The notes under the pieces: model-generated
The model's input: the letters and a program-made list of their open reading frames with translations, nothing else
Told to the model about the DNA's origin: nothing
The model's database searches: none
From: Patescibacteria group bacterium
GTDB taxonomy: Bacteria > Patescibacteriota > Minisyncoccia > Phycocordibacterales > PALSA-1337
Reading direction: 5' to 3'
Length of the DNA stretch: 64,000 nt
NCBI GenBank assembly: GCA_018971685.1
Contig: JAGXAG010000002.1
Span: 66,276-130,275 of the forward strand
Shown: positions 38,564-49,759 of the stretch, piece by piece
Position numbering within the stretch: the stretch's first letter is position 1
How the letters are laid out: each line of letters opens with the position of its first letter
Translations under genes and position numbers: made by a program

Positions 38564-39196
38564 CTAACCTTGACGGTTATGTTCTAGAACCGCCCAGCCG
38601 TTATCGAAAACTTTCAAAGGCTTTTTGAAGATGATCGTGGCAATGTGGTAGACCGTGTAAGTGATGAAGAATGCCGCCGCCACATCGATGGAATAGTGCA
38701 AGTGTCCCATAAGCACCACCGCCCCAAAGAAGATTGAAGCGCCGATGAAGATCGCGCGCAGACGGATATCTTTCCAGAAACAAAGCGCCATCATGAACGG
38801 CATCGATGTGTGGCCGGAGAAGAACAAGTCCCCGCCGGCGCTGAAAAATCCCAAGAAATTGTATGTGATCGCCACATGCTCAGGGAACGGCCCGATATGA
38901 GTCAGTGTCACAAATACCGCGCGCGTAACCAGAAGCAATCCCAGCGCTTCCAATGCGAACGGCACTTTTTGCGGATTGCGGACCAAGACTATGATGAAAA
39001 ACAGCCACAGCATGATCGGCCCGAAGACGAAAGCGCCGTCGACATCATAGACGGGTATGTTGCTAAGCACTATGTCCGCCACCGGCGAGCTGGCTCGATC
39101 GATCGCGTAAATACTGCCGAAATAATTGGCGGTGATGCCAATGGCAAAAACAATGAGTGATATGGCGACTATCCAGAATATCTTCCGATTGCGCAT
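38564..39196 (-). CDS. PAP2-superfamily membrane protein (sphingomyelin synthase/AUR1-like)
   Basis: DLFFSGHT and HLHYSIDV catalytic motifs; multiple TMs. Confidence 0.82.
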   Translation of the reverse strand: MRNRKIFWIVAISLIVFAIGITANYFGSIYAIDRASSPVADIVLSNIPVYDVDGAFVFGPIMLWLFFIIVLVRNPQKVPFALEALGLLLVTRAVFVTLTHIGPFPEHVAITYNFLGFFSAGGDLFFSGHTSMPFMMALCFWKDIRLRAIFIGASIFFGAVVLMGHLHYSIDVAAAFFITYTVYHIATIIFKKPLKVFDNGWAVLEHNRQG

Positions 39197-39225
39197 GTCC
39201 GTTTTATGATATCATATATTGCGTC

Positions 39226-39825
39226 ATGCAGGAATGGCTGATACAACTGGTTACGGTGCATCCTTATGTGGTGTACGGCGTGATTATTCTGCTCGCAATT
39301 GTCGAAGGACCTGTAATATCAATGATTGGCGGCGTGTTGGTGCGCCTTGGGTATTTCGATTTTATACCCATGTATGCGGTGCTTATGGTCAGTGATGCCG
39401 TGGCAGATATGGGTTGGTACTGGATCGGCCTACGGTATGGACATGCGTTTATCAAGCGTTTCGGAAAGTATTTCAGTATCACGGAACAAGGGGTGGAAAA
39501 AGTCACTAAAATCTTCCATAGATACAAACATCACATATTGATATTCTCCAAGATAACAAATGGCTTCGGATTGGCGCTTGTCACCCTTATGACCGCTGGC
39601 ATGGTACGAATACCGTTTTGGAAATATGTCGGCTTGAACATGATTGGTCAATTCGTATGGACCGGCGTATTGATGGCCATTGGTTATTATTTGGGACATT
39701 TGTATGTTCAGATAAATACATGGTTCGGTAGGATAGGAATAGTTATGCTGTTCGTGCTTATATTAATAGGATTGGCAAGATATAGAAGCTACTTAAGAAA
39801 AAGAGTGGAGACCAGTGAATCGTGA
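39226..39825 (+). CDS. DedA-family membrane protein
   Basis: AVADMGWYWIG..YG, MTAGMVRIPFWKY. Confidence 0.85.
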   Translation: MQEWLIQLVTVHPYVVYGVIILLAIVEGPVISMIGGVLVRLGYFDFIPMYAVLMVSDAVADMGWYWIGLRYGHAFIKRFGKYFSITEQGVEKVTKIFHRYKHHILIFSKITNGFGLALVTLMTAGMVRIPFWKYVGLNMIGQFVWTGVLMAIGYYLGHLYVQINTWFGRIGIVMLFVLILIGLARYRSYLRKRVETSES

Positions 39826-41009
39826 TGAATAATAATCCCGACAAATCTATAAGAGTGGCAATGGTATGCGACATGATTCCAGGACAATCAGGCGGTTCGT
39901 TCGTATCTACAATAAGGTTTGCCGAGCTATTGAACAAGCGCGGACATAAAGCGATAATATTAGCCGCTAAAGATACAAGACAAGCGCCCGTAACTAAATT
40001 TTTGAATATTCCAATATACCAATTCCCTTCATTGCCAACCCCCGGATCGGAAAGGCTTTATTTCGCCTCTTTTCCAAAAGCTCGAGAACTGGAGAGTATA
40101 TTCCTAAGAGAAAATATAAATGTCGTACACACTATGTTTCCTTCTTATTCATGCTATTTAGCGGCCAAAGTGGCAAAGAGGATGGGAATACCAGTGATTT
40201 CGCATTTCCATACTCAACCGGAAAATATATTAGTATTTTTGCCGAAAATATTACGAGGTAGTTTCTTCGAAAATTTAGCGATGCGTTATTTAACTTATTT
40301 TGCGAGACGAGCTCGTGTTGTCATATCTCCTTCGGAGTTAGGGAAAAGGATTTTGACTAATTTTGACCAGTCGTTAGTAGTCGAAGTCATAAGCAACGGC
40401 ATAGATCTGTCGAGATTTAAAAAAACACCGTATGACGAGTTTGTCACCAATTTTAACCTTTCCAAAAACAGAAAATTCATATTGTTTGTCGGGCGTTTAA
40501 TGATTGAGAAAAATGTAGAGGTCCTGATCCGTGCTATTCCAAAAATCGTCGACGCGGTGCCCACTACTCATCTATTGGTAGTAGGAACAGGTCCATTAAA
40601 AAAAGATCTGGAGAAATTATGCGTTGATCTTGGAATATCCGGGCATGTAAGTTTCTTGGGGAAAATATCAGACAAAGATTTGTTAATGGCGTATAATCTC
40701 TGCGACCTATATGCTTATCCGTCTATGGTCGAATTAGAAGGCATGGTAGTCTTAGAAGCCATGGCATGCGGCAAACCTATACTTATCGCAGACTCCACCA
40801 CAAGTGCTTCCAGATTCTTTGTAAAAGGAAACGGATTTTTGTTCCATCCAAATGATACTGCAGATCTGGCAAATAAAGCGATATCTATATTAAATGATGA
40901 TAATCTTAAAGATAAAATGTCCATAGAAAGCACAAGAGAGGTGCAACTGTTTGATATAAACAAGAGTATAGATAAACTGGAGAAAGTATATAAATCCGTC
41001 ATCTCATAA
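39825..41009 (+). CDS. Glycosyltransferase family 4
   Basis: SNGIDL, FVGRL..EKN, ELEGMVVLEAMACGKP. Confidence 0.9.
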   Translation: MNNNPDKSIRVAMVCDMIPGQSGGSFVSTIRFAELLNKRGHKAIILAAKDTRQAPVTKFLNIPIYQFPSLPTPGSERLYFASFPKARELESIFLRENINVVHTMFPSYSCYLAAKVAKRMGIPVISHFHTQPENILVFLPKILRGSFFENLAMRYLTYFARRARVVISPSELGKRILTNFDQSLVVEVISNGIDLSRFKKTPYDEFVTNFNLSKNRKFILFVGRLMIEKNVEVLIRAIPKIVDAVPTTHLLVVGTGPLKKDLEKLCVDLGISGHVSFLGKISDKDLLMAYNLCDLYAYPSMVELEGMVVLEAMACGKPILIADSTTSASRFFVKGNGFLFHPNDTADLANKAISILNDDNLKDKMSIESTREVQLFDINKSIDKLEKVYKSVIS

Positions 41010-41026
41010 TCAATGCATATAAACAC

Positions 41027-41737
41027 ATGAAAATCTCCGTCGTCATACCGGCACACAACGAGGAACGCGTCATCGGCGATGTCATCCGTGCTTTATTGAA
41101 GCAAGACCATTCGGATTTTGAGATCATTGTAGTCGACAACGCCAGCAGTGACCGCACGAGCGAAATTGCAAGAGAGTTTCCGATAAAAGTCGTGCATGAG
41201 CCGAAGAAGGGTCTCCTGCATGCGCGCGAGCGCGGACGCATTGAAGCGGCCGGTGAAATAATCGCCAATATTGACGCCGATTGCCTGCCGGAGCCGGATT
41301 GGCTCTCCATAGGCGCAAGCCATTTCATCGAAAATACTACAGCTGCGGTGACCGGTCCTTATGATTATCATGATGCCGAATTTTTGTTCCGCCATTCATC
41401 ATTGCTCACCCAAAAATATATTTACAGACTTGTTAGCGAAACTGTTCAATTACCATTCGTAAGAAAAGGTGCCATGCTTATAGGCGGTAACAACTTTATT
41501 CGTACATCGGTTTTGGAAAAATCCGGAGGGTACAATACCGCACTGACTTTCTACGGCGAAGATACGGATACCGCAAAACGGGTGTCAAAGCACGGCAAAA
41601 TAGTCTTCAATCCCAAACTGATCATGAAAACCTCCGCGCGCAGATTTAAAAACGACGGGGTTTTGGCGACTGAAGGCAAGTACATATTCCATTTTTTGAA
41701 ACAAACTTTCAAGAAGCCGAACTCCGTCTCGAATTGA
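41027..41737 (+). CDS. Glycosyltransferase family 2
   Basis: ISVVIPAHNEE, VVDNASSD, IDAD, GED. Confidence 0.9.
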   Translation: MKISVVIPAHNEERVIGDVIRALLKQDHSDFEIIVVDNASSDRTSEIAREFPIKVVHEPKKGLLHARERGRIEAAGEIIANIDADCLPEPDWLSIGASHFIENTTAAVTGPYDYHDAEFLFRHSSLLTQKYIYRLVSETVQLPFVRKGAMLIGGNNFIRTSVLEKSGGYNTALTFYGEDTDTAKRVSKHGKIVFNPKLIMKTSARRFKNDGVLATEGKYIFHFLKQTFKKPNSVSN

Positions 41738-41755
41738 TATTGGTTTGACACCAGA

Positions 41756-42823
41756 TCAAAAACCATTCGTACCCTCGATCAATTCGGGTTTGGTCGGTGA
41801 ATTGCTTTGCTTGGGGGGTGCGAGTGTGCTGTTTACAGCGGGAATGGTATTGGTGTTAGCGCTTATATTGGATGACGAACCGGCTGAAGCTGATGATGAA
41901 GCATTGGCGGTAGTAGTAGCGGTATTGGAGTTGCTGGACAAAGCCTGATTCAATTCATTCTGCAAATTATTCAGGTTTTGCTGAGTCTGACCAACAACCT
42001 GCTTTTGTTGCGTAATCTGCACATCGATCGTCGAGGTGCTCGCCGTATTATTGCCGGGCGATGAATTAGTCACAGGGTTCGATGTTCCATTCACGGAATT
42101 GTTGACGGGACTGCTCGGCCGACTTGCTCCCGTCGAAGTATTGGCTGAAACATTTGTTTGGATATTAGTCGCCGTATCGGTCGAAGTGCCGGTCGGAGCG
42201 ATATTGTCGAGCGTATTGACTGCGGCGTTTGTCTGCTGAACAGCCTGACTGACGGCGGCATGGTAATCGTCGATTTGCTGCTGCGTCAATCCGGAATTGT
42301 TAGGTGTCAAATTATTCACAGTCGACTGCAATTGGTCGACATATTGATGAATCTGATCGGCATAATTACGCAATTGCGTGATCGTCTTCGGATCATAATA
42401 TAACGGCTGAGAGTCTACCAGTTTCCGCCACGAATCGAGCGTATCGTTAATCTTGGCCTGAACGGCGTCGATTTTGGCTTTGACCGCCGCATTAATGTTG
42501 TCGGCGGCTTGATTTTGGAAATCGGAACTGACGGCCGTAACCGCGTCCAAAGACTGATTGAACGCTTTGGCGGCCGATAGCGAGTTGAGCTTGTCGGTTT
42601 CGGCTTGCAGTTTCGACCTGGCGGCCAAAAGATCGGCCGAGATTTGCGCGGGTGTCCGCGGCGCCGGTGCTTTGAATTTTATAGCGGCGTCGGAGACCAA
42701 GAGTTGCGCAGCATTGTCTTTATCCCTCTGCGAAATATACAAATAGGCGCCGCCCAGGATAATCGCCAAACCCAAAAATATGAACAGGTTTGAAAGCGCC
42801 GTTTCCTTCGCCGTGTTTGACAT
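41756..42823 (-). CDS. Hypothetical membrane-anchored coiled-coil, S/T/N-rich protein
   Basis: N-terminal TM, low-complexity tail, TGGTAAAAT-6nt-ATG start. Confidence 0.7.
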   Translation of the reverse strand: MSNTAKETALSNLFIFLGLAIILGGAYLYISQRDKDNAAQLLVSDAAIKFKAPAPRTPAQISADLLAARSKLQAETDKLNSLSAAKAFNQSLDAVTAVSSDFQNQAADNINAAVKAKIDAVQAKINDTLDSWRKLVDSQPLYYDPKTITQLRNYADQIHQYVDQLQSTVNNLTPNNSGLTQQQIDDYHAAVSQAVQQTNAAVNTLDNIAPTGTSTDTATNIQTNVSANTSTGASRPSSPVNNSVNGTSNPVTNSSPGNNTASTSTIDVQITQQKQVVGQTQQNLNNLQNELNQALSSNSNTATTTANASSSASAGSSSNISANTNTIPAVNSTLAPPKQSNSPTKPELIEGTNGF

Positions 42824-42856
42824 ACTTTCATTTTACCACACAAACTTGACCTTGGC

Positions 42857-43213
42857 TCACGCCGGACGAAAAAATTGCATCGGGTTTTTTATCATATTAA
42901 ATATTTTAAAATTATTTGACGCCCGCTTCAAAACCAATACCGCACCTATAGCCATAAACACGGTAGCGGCCTGGACAATATGCCTGGTATGGAAAAATGC
43001 CTGCCCCAGATAACTAAAATACCCGAATAGCGCCTGCTGATTGCTGGTATTTATTATAATGTCGCCAATAGATACCGTAAAATATAATACGGTTGCAAAA
43101 CCGACAAAAAGCGTGCCTTCGATAACGACCGGATTGAAAATCATTCGCATGTAGTAAATAAAACGCACGCGACGCATTACAGTTTCCTTCAGTTGTATTG
43201 ATTGGTCGGGCAT
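42857..43213 (-). CDS. Hypothetical membrane protein (possible anti-sigma factor)
   Basis: Two TMs; directly downstream of the ECF sigma gene. Confidence 0.6.
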   Translation of the reverse strand: MPDQSIQLKETVMRRVRFIYYMRMIFNPVVIEGTLFVGFATVLYFTVSIGDIIINTSNQQALFGYFSYLGQAFFHTRHIVQAATVFMAIGAVLVLKRASNNFKIFNMIKNPMQFFRPA

Positions 43214-43220
43214 GAAAAAA

Positions 43221-43282
43221 TAAATCGTAAATTATAAACAATGAATTATAAACAAATCATAAATCGTAAATCGTAAATCTAT
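43221..43282. repeat. Degenerate heptamer tandem repeats (TAAATCG/TAAATCA)
   Basis: taaatcgtaaattataaac...aaatcataaatcgtaaatcgtaaatc. Confidence 0.6.
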
Positions 43283-43298
43283 AAAATGATACCAAAAA

Positions 43299-43928
43299 TC
43301 AAACCCTAACAACAGCCGGCACGGCATTCTGGTCAAAGTCCATGGCCGAAGCGATCTTGCGCAATTCCCTTTTGGCGCGATGGATTCGCGCGCGAATAGC
43401 TCCATTGGAAGCATGTTCTGCCGTAGCAATAGCCTTTTCCGGCAAACCTTCCAAGAAATGCATCACAACTGCTCGCCTCAACAATTCAGGCAATTTTGAG
43501 ACAAGGCTCATGACATATTCGCGCGTAAGTTTGCTGTCAAATCCCGATAGATCTTGTTCGTCCGCAACGACTTCCAGCAGCTCAGGTTCTTGCTCGAAAT
43601 ACACCGATGGCCGCATTTTATTGCGAGAATAAATGGTTTTACATTGATTCAACAAAATGGCATATCCCCACGAATTTAGCGATGCGCCTCGGCGTTTTTT
43701 GAATTTGTCGGCGGCAGCATACATCCGTACAAAAGTCTCCTGCACAGCGTCGTAAGCGTCGTCTTCGTTCCCGAGTATTGAAAGCGCCTTCCGTACGAAT
43801 GCTCTCTCGTACCTGTCCACTAATTCCGCGAAAGCGTTTGGATTCGCGGTTGAGGCGGAGAGGAGCTCTTCGTCGGAGAGCGCCTTCAGTTTGGCTTGTA
43901 ATGTTTCGGGATTAATTTTGGTTGGCAT
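43299..43928 (-). CDS. ECF-type RNA polymerase sigma factor
   Basis: AFAELVDRY, DAYDAVQETFVRMY (region 2), region 4 IRARIHRAKRELRK. Confidence 0.9.
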   Translation of the reverse strand: MPTKINPETLQAKLKALSDEELLSASTANPNAFAELVDRYERAFVRKALSILGNEDDAYDAVQETFVRMYAAADKFKKRRGASLNSWGYAILLNQCKTIYSRNKMRPSVYFEQEPELLEVVADEQDLSGFDSKLTREYVMSLVSKLPELLRRAVVMHFLEGLPEKAIATAEHASNGAIRARIHRAKRELRKIASAMDFDQNAVPAVVRV

Positions 43929-44105
43929 GGCTTTTCTTGCTTATTTTTTCAGACGCATTCGTTATGCTCTCCTTATATTACCGGTCACTTGTTATAACTA
44001 CTTGCAACGGCATAATGTTATTTCTGATTTTTTAGCAACTTGCTTTGTTTATACGCTATTTGAATAAGACGCGGTGCATGTTAAAATCATAATGAGTAAC
44101 AGATC

Positions 44106-45089
44106 ATGCATATCATGGCCGACCAGCTAAAAAAATTCCCTGACCAATTGATGTTTGAACCTGCCATTGACAACGCAGACAAACTTACACCTGCCAAATA
44201 TTTTGTCGCCGCCGGCATGGGAGGTTCGCACTTGGCGGCTTCGCTCATCAAAGACATTGAGCATATGGATAATTTGACGATTCATTCAGATTACGGATTG
44301 CCGCACATCGACGAATACAAAAGAAAAGAGACTCTGTTTGTCGCGGTGTCCCATTCTGGCAATACCGAAGAAACTATCGGTTTTGCCAATGCGGCGCTAA
44401 AAGAAGACTTAAAGCTAGCAATAATAACCGGCGGCGGAAAGTTAAAGGAATTGGCACATGATAACAAATTGCCGTTTATCGCTCTGCCGGACAATGGCCT
44501 GCCGCCGCGTTTGTCTACAGGTTACATGGCGGCCGCATTGCTGACTTTGTTTGGCATGAATGAAAAGCTGGCCGAAATGAAGTTTGCGGCAAAATCGTTA
44601 TCTGAAAAATACCACACGATAGCGACGGAAGGGCAAAAAACAGCGGCTTTGCTGTTTGATCATATCCCTTTGGTCTACTCTTCGGAGAAAAATTTCTCTT
44701 TGGCATATTATTGGAAAATCGCCATGGACGAAACCGCTAAGGTTCCGGCCTTCGCCAACAAATTTCCGGAACTAGACCATAATGAATTGGCAGGATTCAC
44801 TTTGCCAAATTCCGGCAAACCGTATTGTCTAGTTACGATTCATGACGCGGAAGACGACGGTGAGCAAATTGAAAAAAGAATGCGACTTACCTCTAAACTA
44901 ATAGAGGAGCACGGAGCAAAAACCGTTGATATCAGACTCGAAGGCAAAAACCGGTTGGAAAAATTCTGGCGATCCGTCTATCTGGCCGTTTGTACCAGTT
45001 TCGCATTGGCAGGATTGACCGGCGTGGATCCGCTCGGCACTGAATTTATAGAGAGTTTCAAAAGTGAATTGGGCCGGCAACCTATTTGA
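44106..45089 (+). CDS. Bifunctional phosphoglucose/phosphomannose isomerase (SIS domain)
   Basis: GMGGS, SHSGNTEET, FPELDHNE. Confidence 0.88.
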   Translation: MHIMADQLKKFPDQLMFEPAIDNADKLTPAKYFVAAGMGGSHLAASLIKDIEHMDNLTIHSDYGLPHIDEYKRKETLFVAVSHSGNTEETIGFANAALKEDLKLAIITGGGKLKELAHDNKLPFIALPDNGLPPRLSTGYMAAALLTLFGMNEKLAEMKFAAKSLSEKYHTIATEGQKTAALLFDHIPLVYSSEKNFSLAYYWKIAMDETAKVPAFANKFPELDHNELAGFTLPNSGKPYCLVTIHDAEDDGEQIEKRMRLTSKLIEEHGAKTVDIRLEGKNRLEKFWRSVYLAVCTSFALAGLTGVDPLGTEFIESFKSELGRQPI

Positions 45090-45144
45090 GGACAGCCAGA
45101 ATGTGTTCATCCGTAATCTTACAGACAATTTTTTGTTTCTGAGA

Positions 45145-46017
45145 CTATTGCGCCGTGGTCGAAGCCGGAGCTGAGGCACCGAGATTCTTATCGCTCTGTA
45201 TAATAAGCTTGATTATAGTCTGGACATCTTTGCGGACTGCTTGAAGGTCTTTGATTGCCGCTTGGATCTTGGAACGGGCATCTTTCAAAGCCGAGGTGTT
45301 AGATTGGGTAATCGTTGTATTACCTTGGTCTGGCGTCAAGGCTGCAACTTCCGTTTGGGCGGCGGCGGCCTGTGTCGAAGCATCAGAAAGTCTGGCAAGC
45401 ATGTCGGAAAGATTGGCTGCAATGGTTGTGTTGCCTGACAGGCCCGCATCGGCGGAGACGCGTGATTGGATCTTGCCCTGAATAATCTGCAAACTGTTTA
45501 CTAATGTGTTGACGCGATCTGCGGCAGAGAGGATCGATACCTGCGGCATAATCAGCATATAAATACGGTAATCAGGCGCAATGGTCTGTAGGTCCGCACG
45601 CAAGCTGGTCGTGGAATTGTCTGACTGAATCTTGGCTTCTAAATTTGTCATACTGGTAATGTCTGTCTGAATGGTAGCTGCCAGCGAAGCTTTTTCGCTG
45701 TCGGAAAGATTCTTCATTGACTGAATGCGGACGAGTAGTTTATTGAGCGCGTCAATCCGATTTTGTATCTCTTTACCGCCGTTGTTTTGGCCGTTTTGAA
45801 TGCGTCTAGTTAAAGCGGCTTGGCGCTGTTCTTGGTTCAAAGCTCGGCGAGTTGTGCTCGCATTTGCCGTTATCGTGGCATCATGCCAGCCAACCGCGGC
45901 TCCACCGGCTGCATTTGCGCCAACCTGAGCGAATGCCGACGAAACAAAAACAAACGATGCTGTGGCAGCGATCGAAACGGCCGAGATAATTGATTTATTT
46001 TTCATAGTGGTATTCAT
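45145..46017 (-). CDS. Hypothetical secreted helical protein
   Basis: Signal peptide ending SAFAQ, coiled coil, DYRIYMLIMPQ. Confidence 0.75.
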   Translation of the reverse strand: MNTTMKNKSIISAVSIAATASFVFVSSAFAQVGANAAGGAAVGWHDATITANASTTRRALNQEQRQAALTRRIQNGQNNGGKEIQNRIDALNKLLVRIQSMKNLSDSEKASLAATIQTDITSMTNLEAKIQSDNSTTSLRADLQTIAPDYRIYMLIMPQVSILSAADRVNTLVNSLQIIQGKIQSRVSADAGLSGNTTIAANLSDMLARLSDASTQAAAAQTEVAALTPDQGNTTITQSNTSALKDARSKIQAAIKDLQAVRKDVQTIIKLIIQSDKNLGASAPASTTAQ

Positions 46018-46041
46018 GTAATGATTTGGTACGATTGATAA

Positions 46042-46338
46042 TTATTGCGTAACCGAAGAATTGGCGGCATCGGTATTGAGATTATTCATCTGAGTGTTGA
46101 CTGAATTCATATCGCTCTGCAATGCAGCATCTGAATTGTCAGAGGGTGATGTTGTAAGGCCGGTATCGGTACTAGTACCTTGAGGAGTAGCGGCCGCGAC
46201 TGCACCGCCTGATTGGGTTTGGTCAGATGAAGCGGCTGGAACCGTTTGGGTAGATGACGAGCCGGAGTACCATACCACGCCTATGATAATTAGAATGATT
46301 ACTATAACCGCTGTCCATATTTTAGCTGTTTTTGACAT
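46042..46338 (-). CDS. Hypothetical membrane-anchored low-complexity protein
   Basis: N-terminal TM then S/T/Q-rich tail. Confidence 0.7.
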   Translation of the reverse strand: MSKTAKIWTAVIVIILIIIGVVWYSGSSSTQTVPAASSDQTQSGGAVAAATPQGTSTDTGLTTSPSDNSDAALQSDMNSVNTQMNNLNTDAANSSVTQ

Positions 46339-46383
46339 ATAATTTATTTATGGTTAATAAAATTCGAACACCTTTGCGATAAA

Positions 46384-47076
46384 TTACTTCCCTTGCGCCG
46401 GGGCCGCTTTGGTTTCGTCGGTACCGGCTGGACCGGTGACGAATGCAAATGATTTGACCATGTTTGTGAAGTCGGATTCGGTAGCAACGACGATTGCCTT
46501 GTTGTTATTGTTGGCCTGAGTAGCCTGCGAACTGGTCAAATTCTTGGACGCGGGCGAAAGCGCGATCGAAGCGAACGAGAACATGTAGCAGATATCTCCT
46601 TTCTGGAGCGAGTACATGCGGTTGTAATATTCGCGACCTTGGACAGTGTTTGACATTGAGATCGTCTTCAATGAAAGGCCGCCCACCGCAAGCGTGCTTC
46701 TGTCCTGGACCGTGGTGACCGGAGGGAATTCACAAGGGCTGGAAAGCACTTGAATATTGGCTTGCAGAGTCGCGACCGTCGAAACCTGGTTCTTATCGAT
46801 CGGAATTATAAAGTTGATGCCAGAATTGGTCTCCTCCTTTTCCCAAGCACTAGGGTATTTGACCGAGAAGCCGAGCTCGGCATTCTGGTATTCAGAGAGC
46901 GTGTTCGAAACCTTGACAGTCTCTGATACCGGCGCCGATGAAGTGCCGTTTGCCGTAGAATCAAACTCTGCCGGAGTGTTTTGGTTCGACGAACCTCCGG
47001 CCCAGATGATGGCGACAATAACCACCACTGCAATGACCGCCACGATTATGGCTGTCGATTTTTTGCCTGAATTCAT
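46384..47076 (-). CDS. Hypothetical exported protein (PsbP-like fold possible)
   Basis: N-terminal TM; YQNAELGFSVKYPSAW and MVKSFAF motifs. Confidence 0.7.
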   Translation of the reverse strand: MNSGKKSTAIIVAVIAVVVIVAIIWAGGSSNQNTPAEFDSTANGTSSAPVSETVKVSNTLSEYQNAELGFSVKYPSAWEKEETNSGINFIIPIDKNQVSTVATLQANIQVLSSPCEFPPVTTVQDRSTLAVGGLSLKTISMSNTVQGREYYNRMYSLQKGDICYMFSFASIALSPASKNLTSSQATQANNNNKAIVVATESDFTNMVKSFAFVTGPAGTDETKAAPAQGK

Positions 47077-47142
47077 TAGTTTTTGCTTATTTATTAATTG
47101 TTATTAAGCGAACAACATTATTCTACCATCTTTTACAAAATA

Positions 47143-48807
<1,665 letters not shown>

Positions 48808-48812
48808 TTACA

Positions 48813-48900
48813 TCCGCGGCTCCCTCCTCGGCGCGACTAAGTGTCTCACATTCGCTTCGCTCGTTCGACACTTCTTGCCGCCTCGACGGTCGCCGCTGGA
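48813..48900. repeat. Intergenic copy of the CTTCGCT-loop palindromic element between groS and groL
   Basis: TCCGCGGC...AAGTGTC-TCACATTCGCTTCGCTCGTTC-GACACTT...CTCGACGGTCGCCGCTGGA. Confidence 0.85.
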
Positions 48901-48902
48901 GT

Positions 48903-49220
48903 CTATCTTATAATAGCTAATATTTCACTTTCCCTGACTATGTAATATTCCTCCTCTCCGACCTTTATTTTATCTCCCCACTGGAAAAGCACTTCGCTGC
49001 CGACTTTGACCGATACAGGCGTCAGTTTACCGTCCTCTACTTTGCCCGGCCCGACCGCTACTACTTCGCCCTTTTTGCTGCCTTTGTCTTCATTGGCAGT
49101 AACCGGAATGATGATGCCGGTCGAAGTTTTGCGCTCCTTTGATTCGGTGTCTTCTTTTATTAAGACCCTATCCGAAAGCGGTTGTAATTTGATTTTCGTC
49201 TCTTTTGTCTCTTTTGACAT
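48903..49220 (-). CDS. groS: Co-chaperonin GroES
   Basis: LQPLSDRVLI, GEVVAVGPG, RESEILAII. Confidence 0.97.
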   Translation of the reverse strand: MSKETKETKIKLQPLSDRVLIKEDTESKERKTSTGIIIPVTANEDKGSKKGEVVAVGPGKVEDGKLTPVSVKVGSEVLFQWGDKIKVGEEEYYIVRESEILAIIR

Positions 49221-49382
49221 GTTTTTTGCTTTTTGCCTTGAATTAATTGCTGATAATATTTAGGTGTGCACTATTATAATCTATAATTTTTCGTTGGCAA
49301 GTCAGACATTTGGCTGCTTCGGCATTTTCAAATTGTAACCTATTTGCATCACAAAATCATCTGTGCTATATTAGCATCGTCA

Positions 49383-49604
49383 ATGAAATCAGTCCTCCCC
49401 TACCTGGAAATCATCCTTTCCGTTATAATGATTGGAGCAATCCTGTTACAGAGAACCGGCGCGCAGGTGGGCGGCGCGTTCGGCGGCAGCGACAACTGGA
49501 GTACTGCGTATCACACCAGGAGAGGAGTCGAAAAGTGGCTGTTCGTTATAACCATCGTGTGCGCGATATTGTTCGCGGCGGCGGCGTTGGTAAATCTGAT
49601 ATGA
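49383..49604 (+). CDS. secG: Preprotein translocase subunit SecG
   Basis: ILLQ..GAQVGGAFGG, TRRGVEK, two TMs. Confidence 0.9.
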   Translation: MKSVLPYLEIILSVIMIGAILLQRTGAQVGGAFGGSDNWSTAYHTRRGVEKWLFVITIVCAILFAAAALVNLI

Positions 49605-49759
49605 CCGAATACATTATTTGTTTTACAAATTCCTAATTTTTAATTAACCTAATTTCTAAGAAATACCCAGGTCCCAATCTCCAATTTGATCATCGGTCAT
49701 TAGTCATTGTTTAGATCAATTAGGCTAATTAGGTCAATTAGAAATTCAGAAACCTCAAA

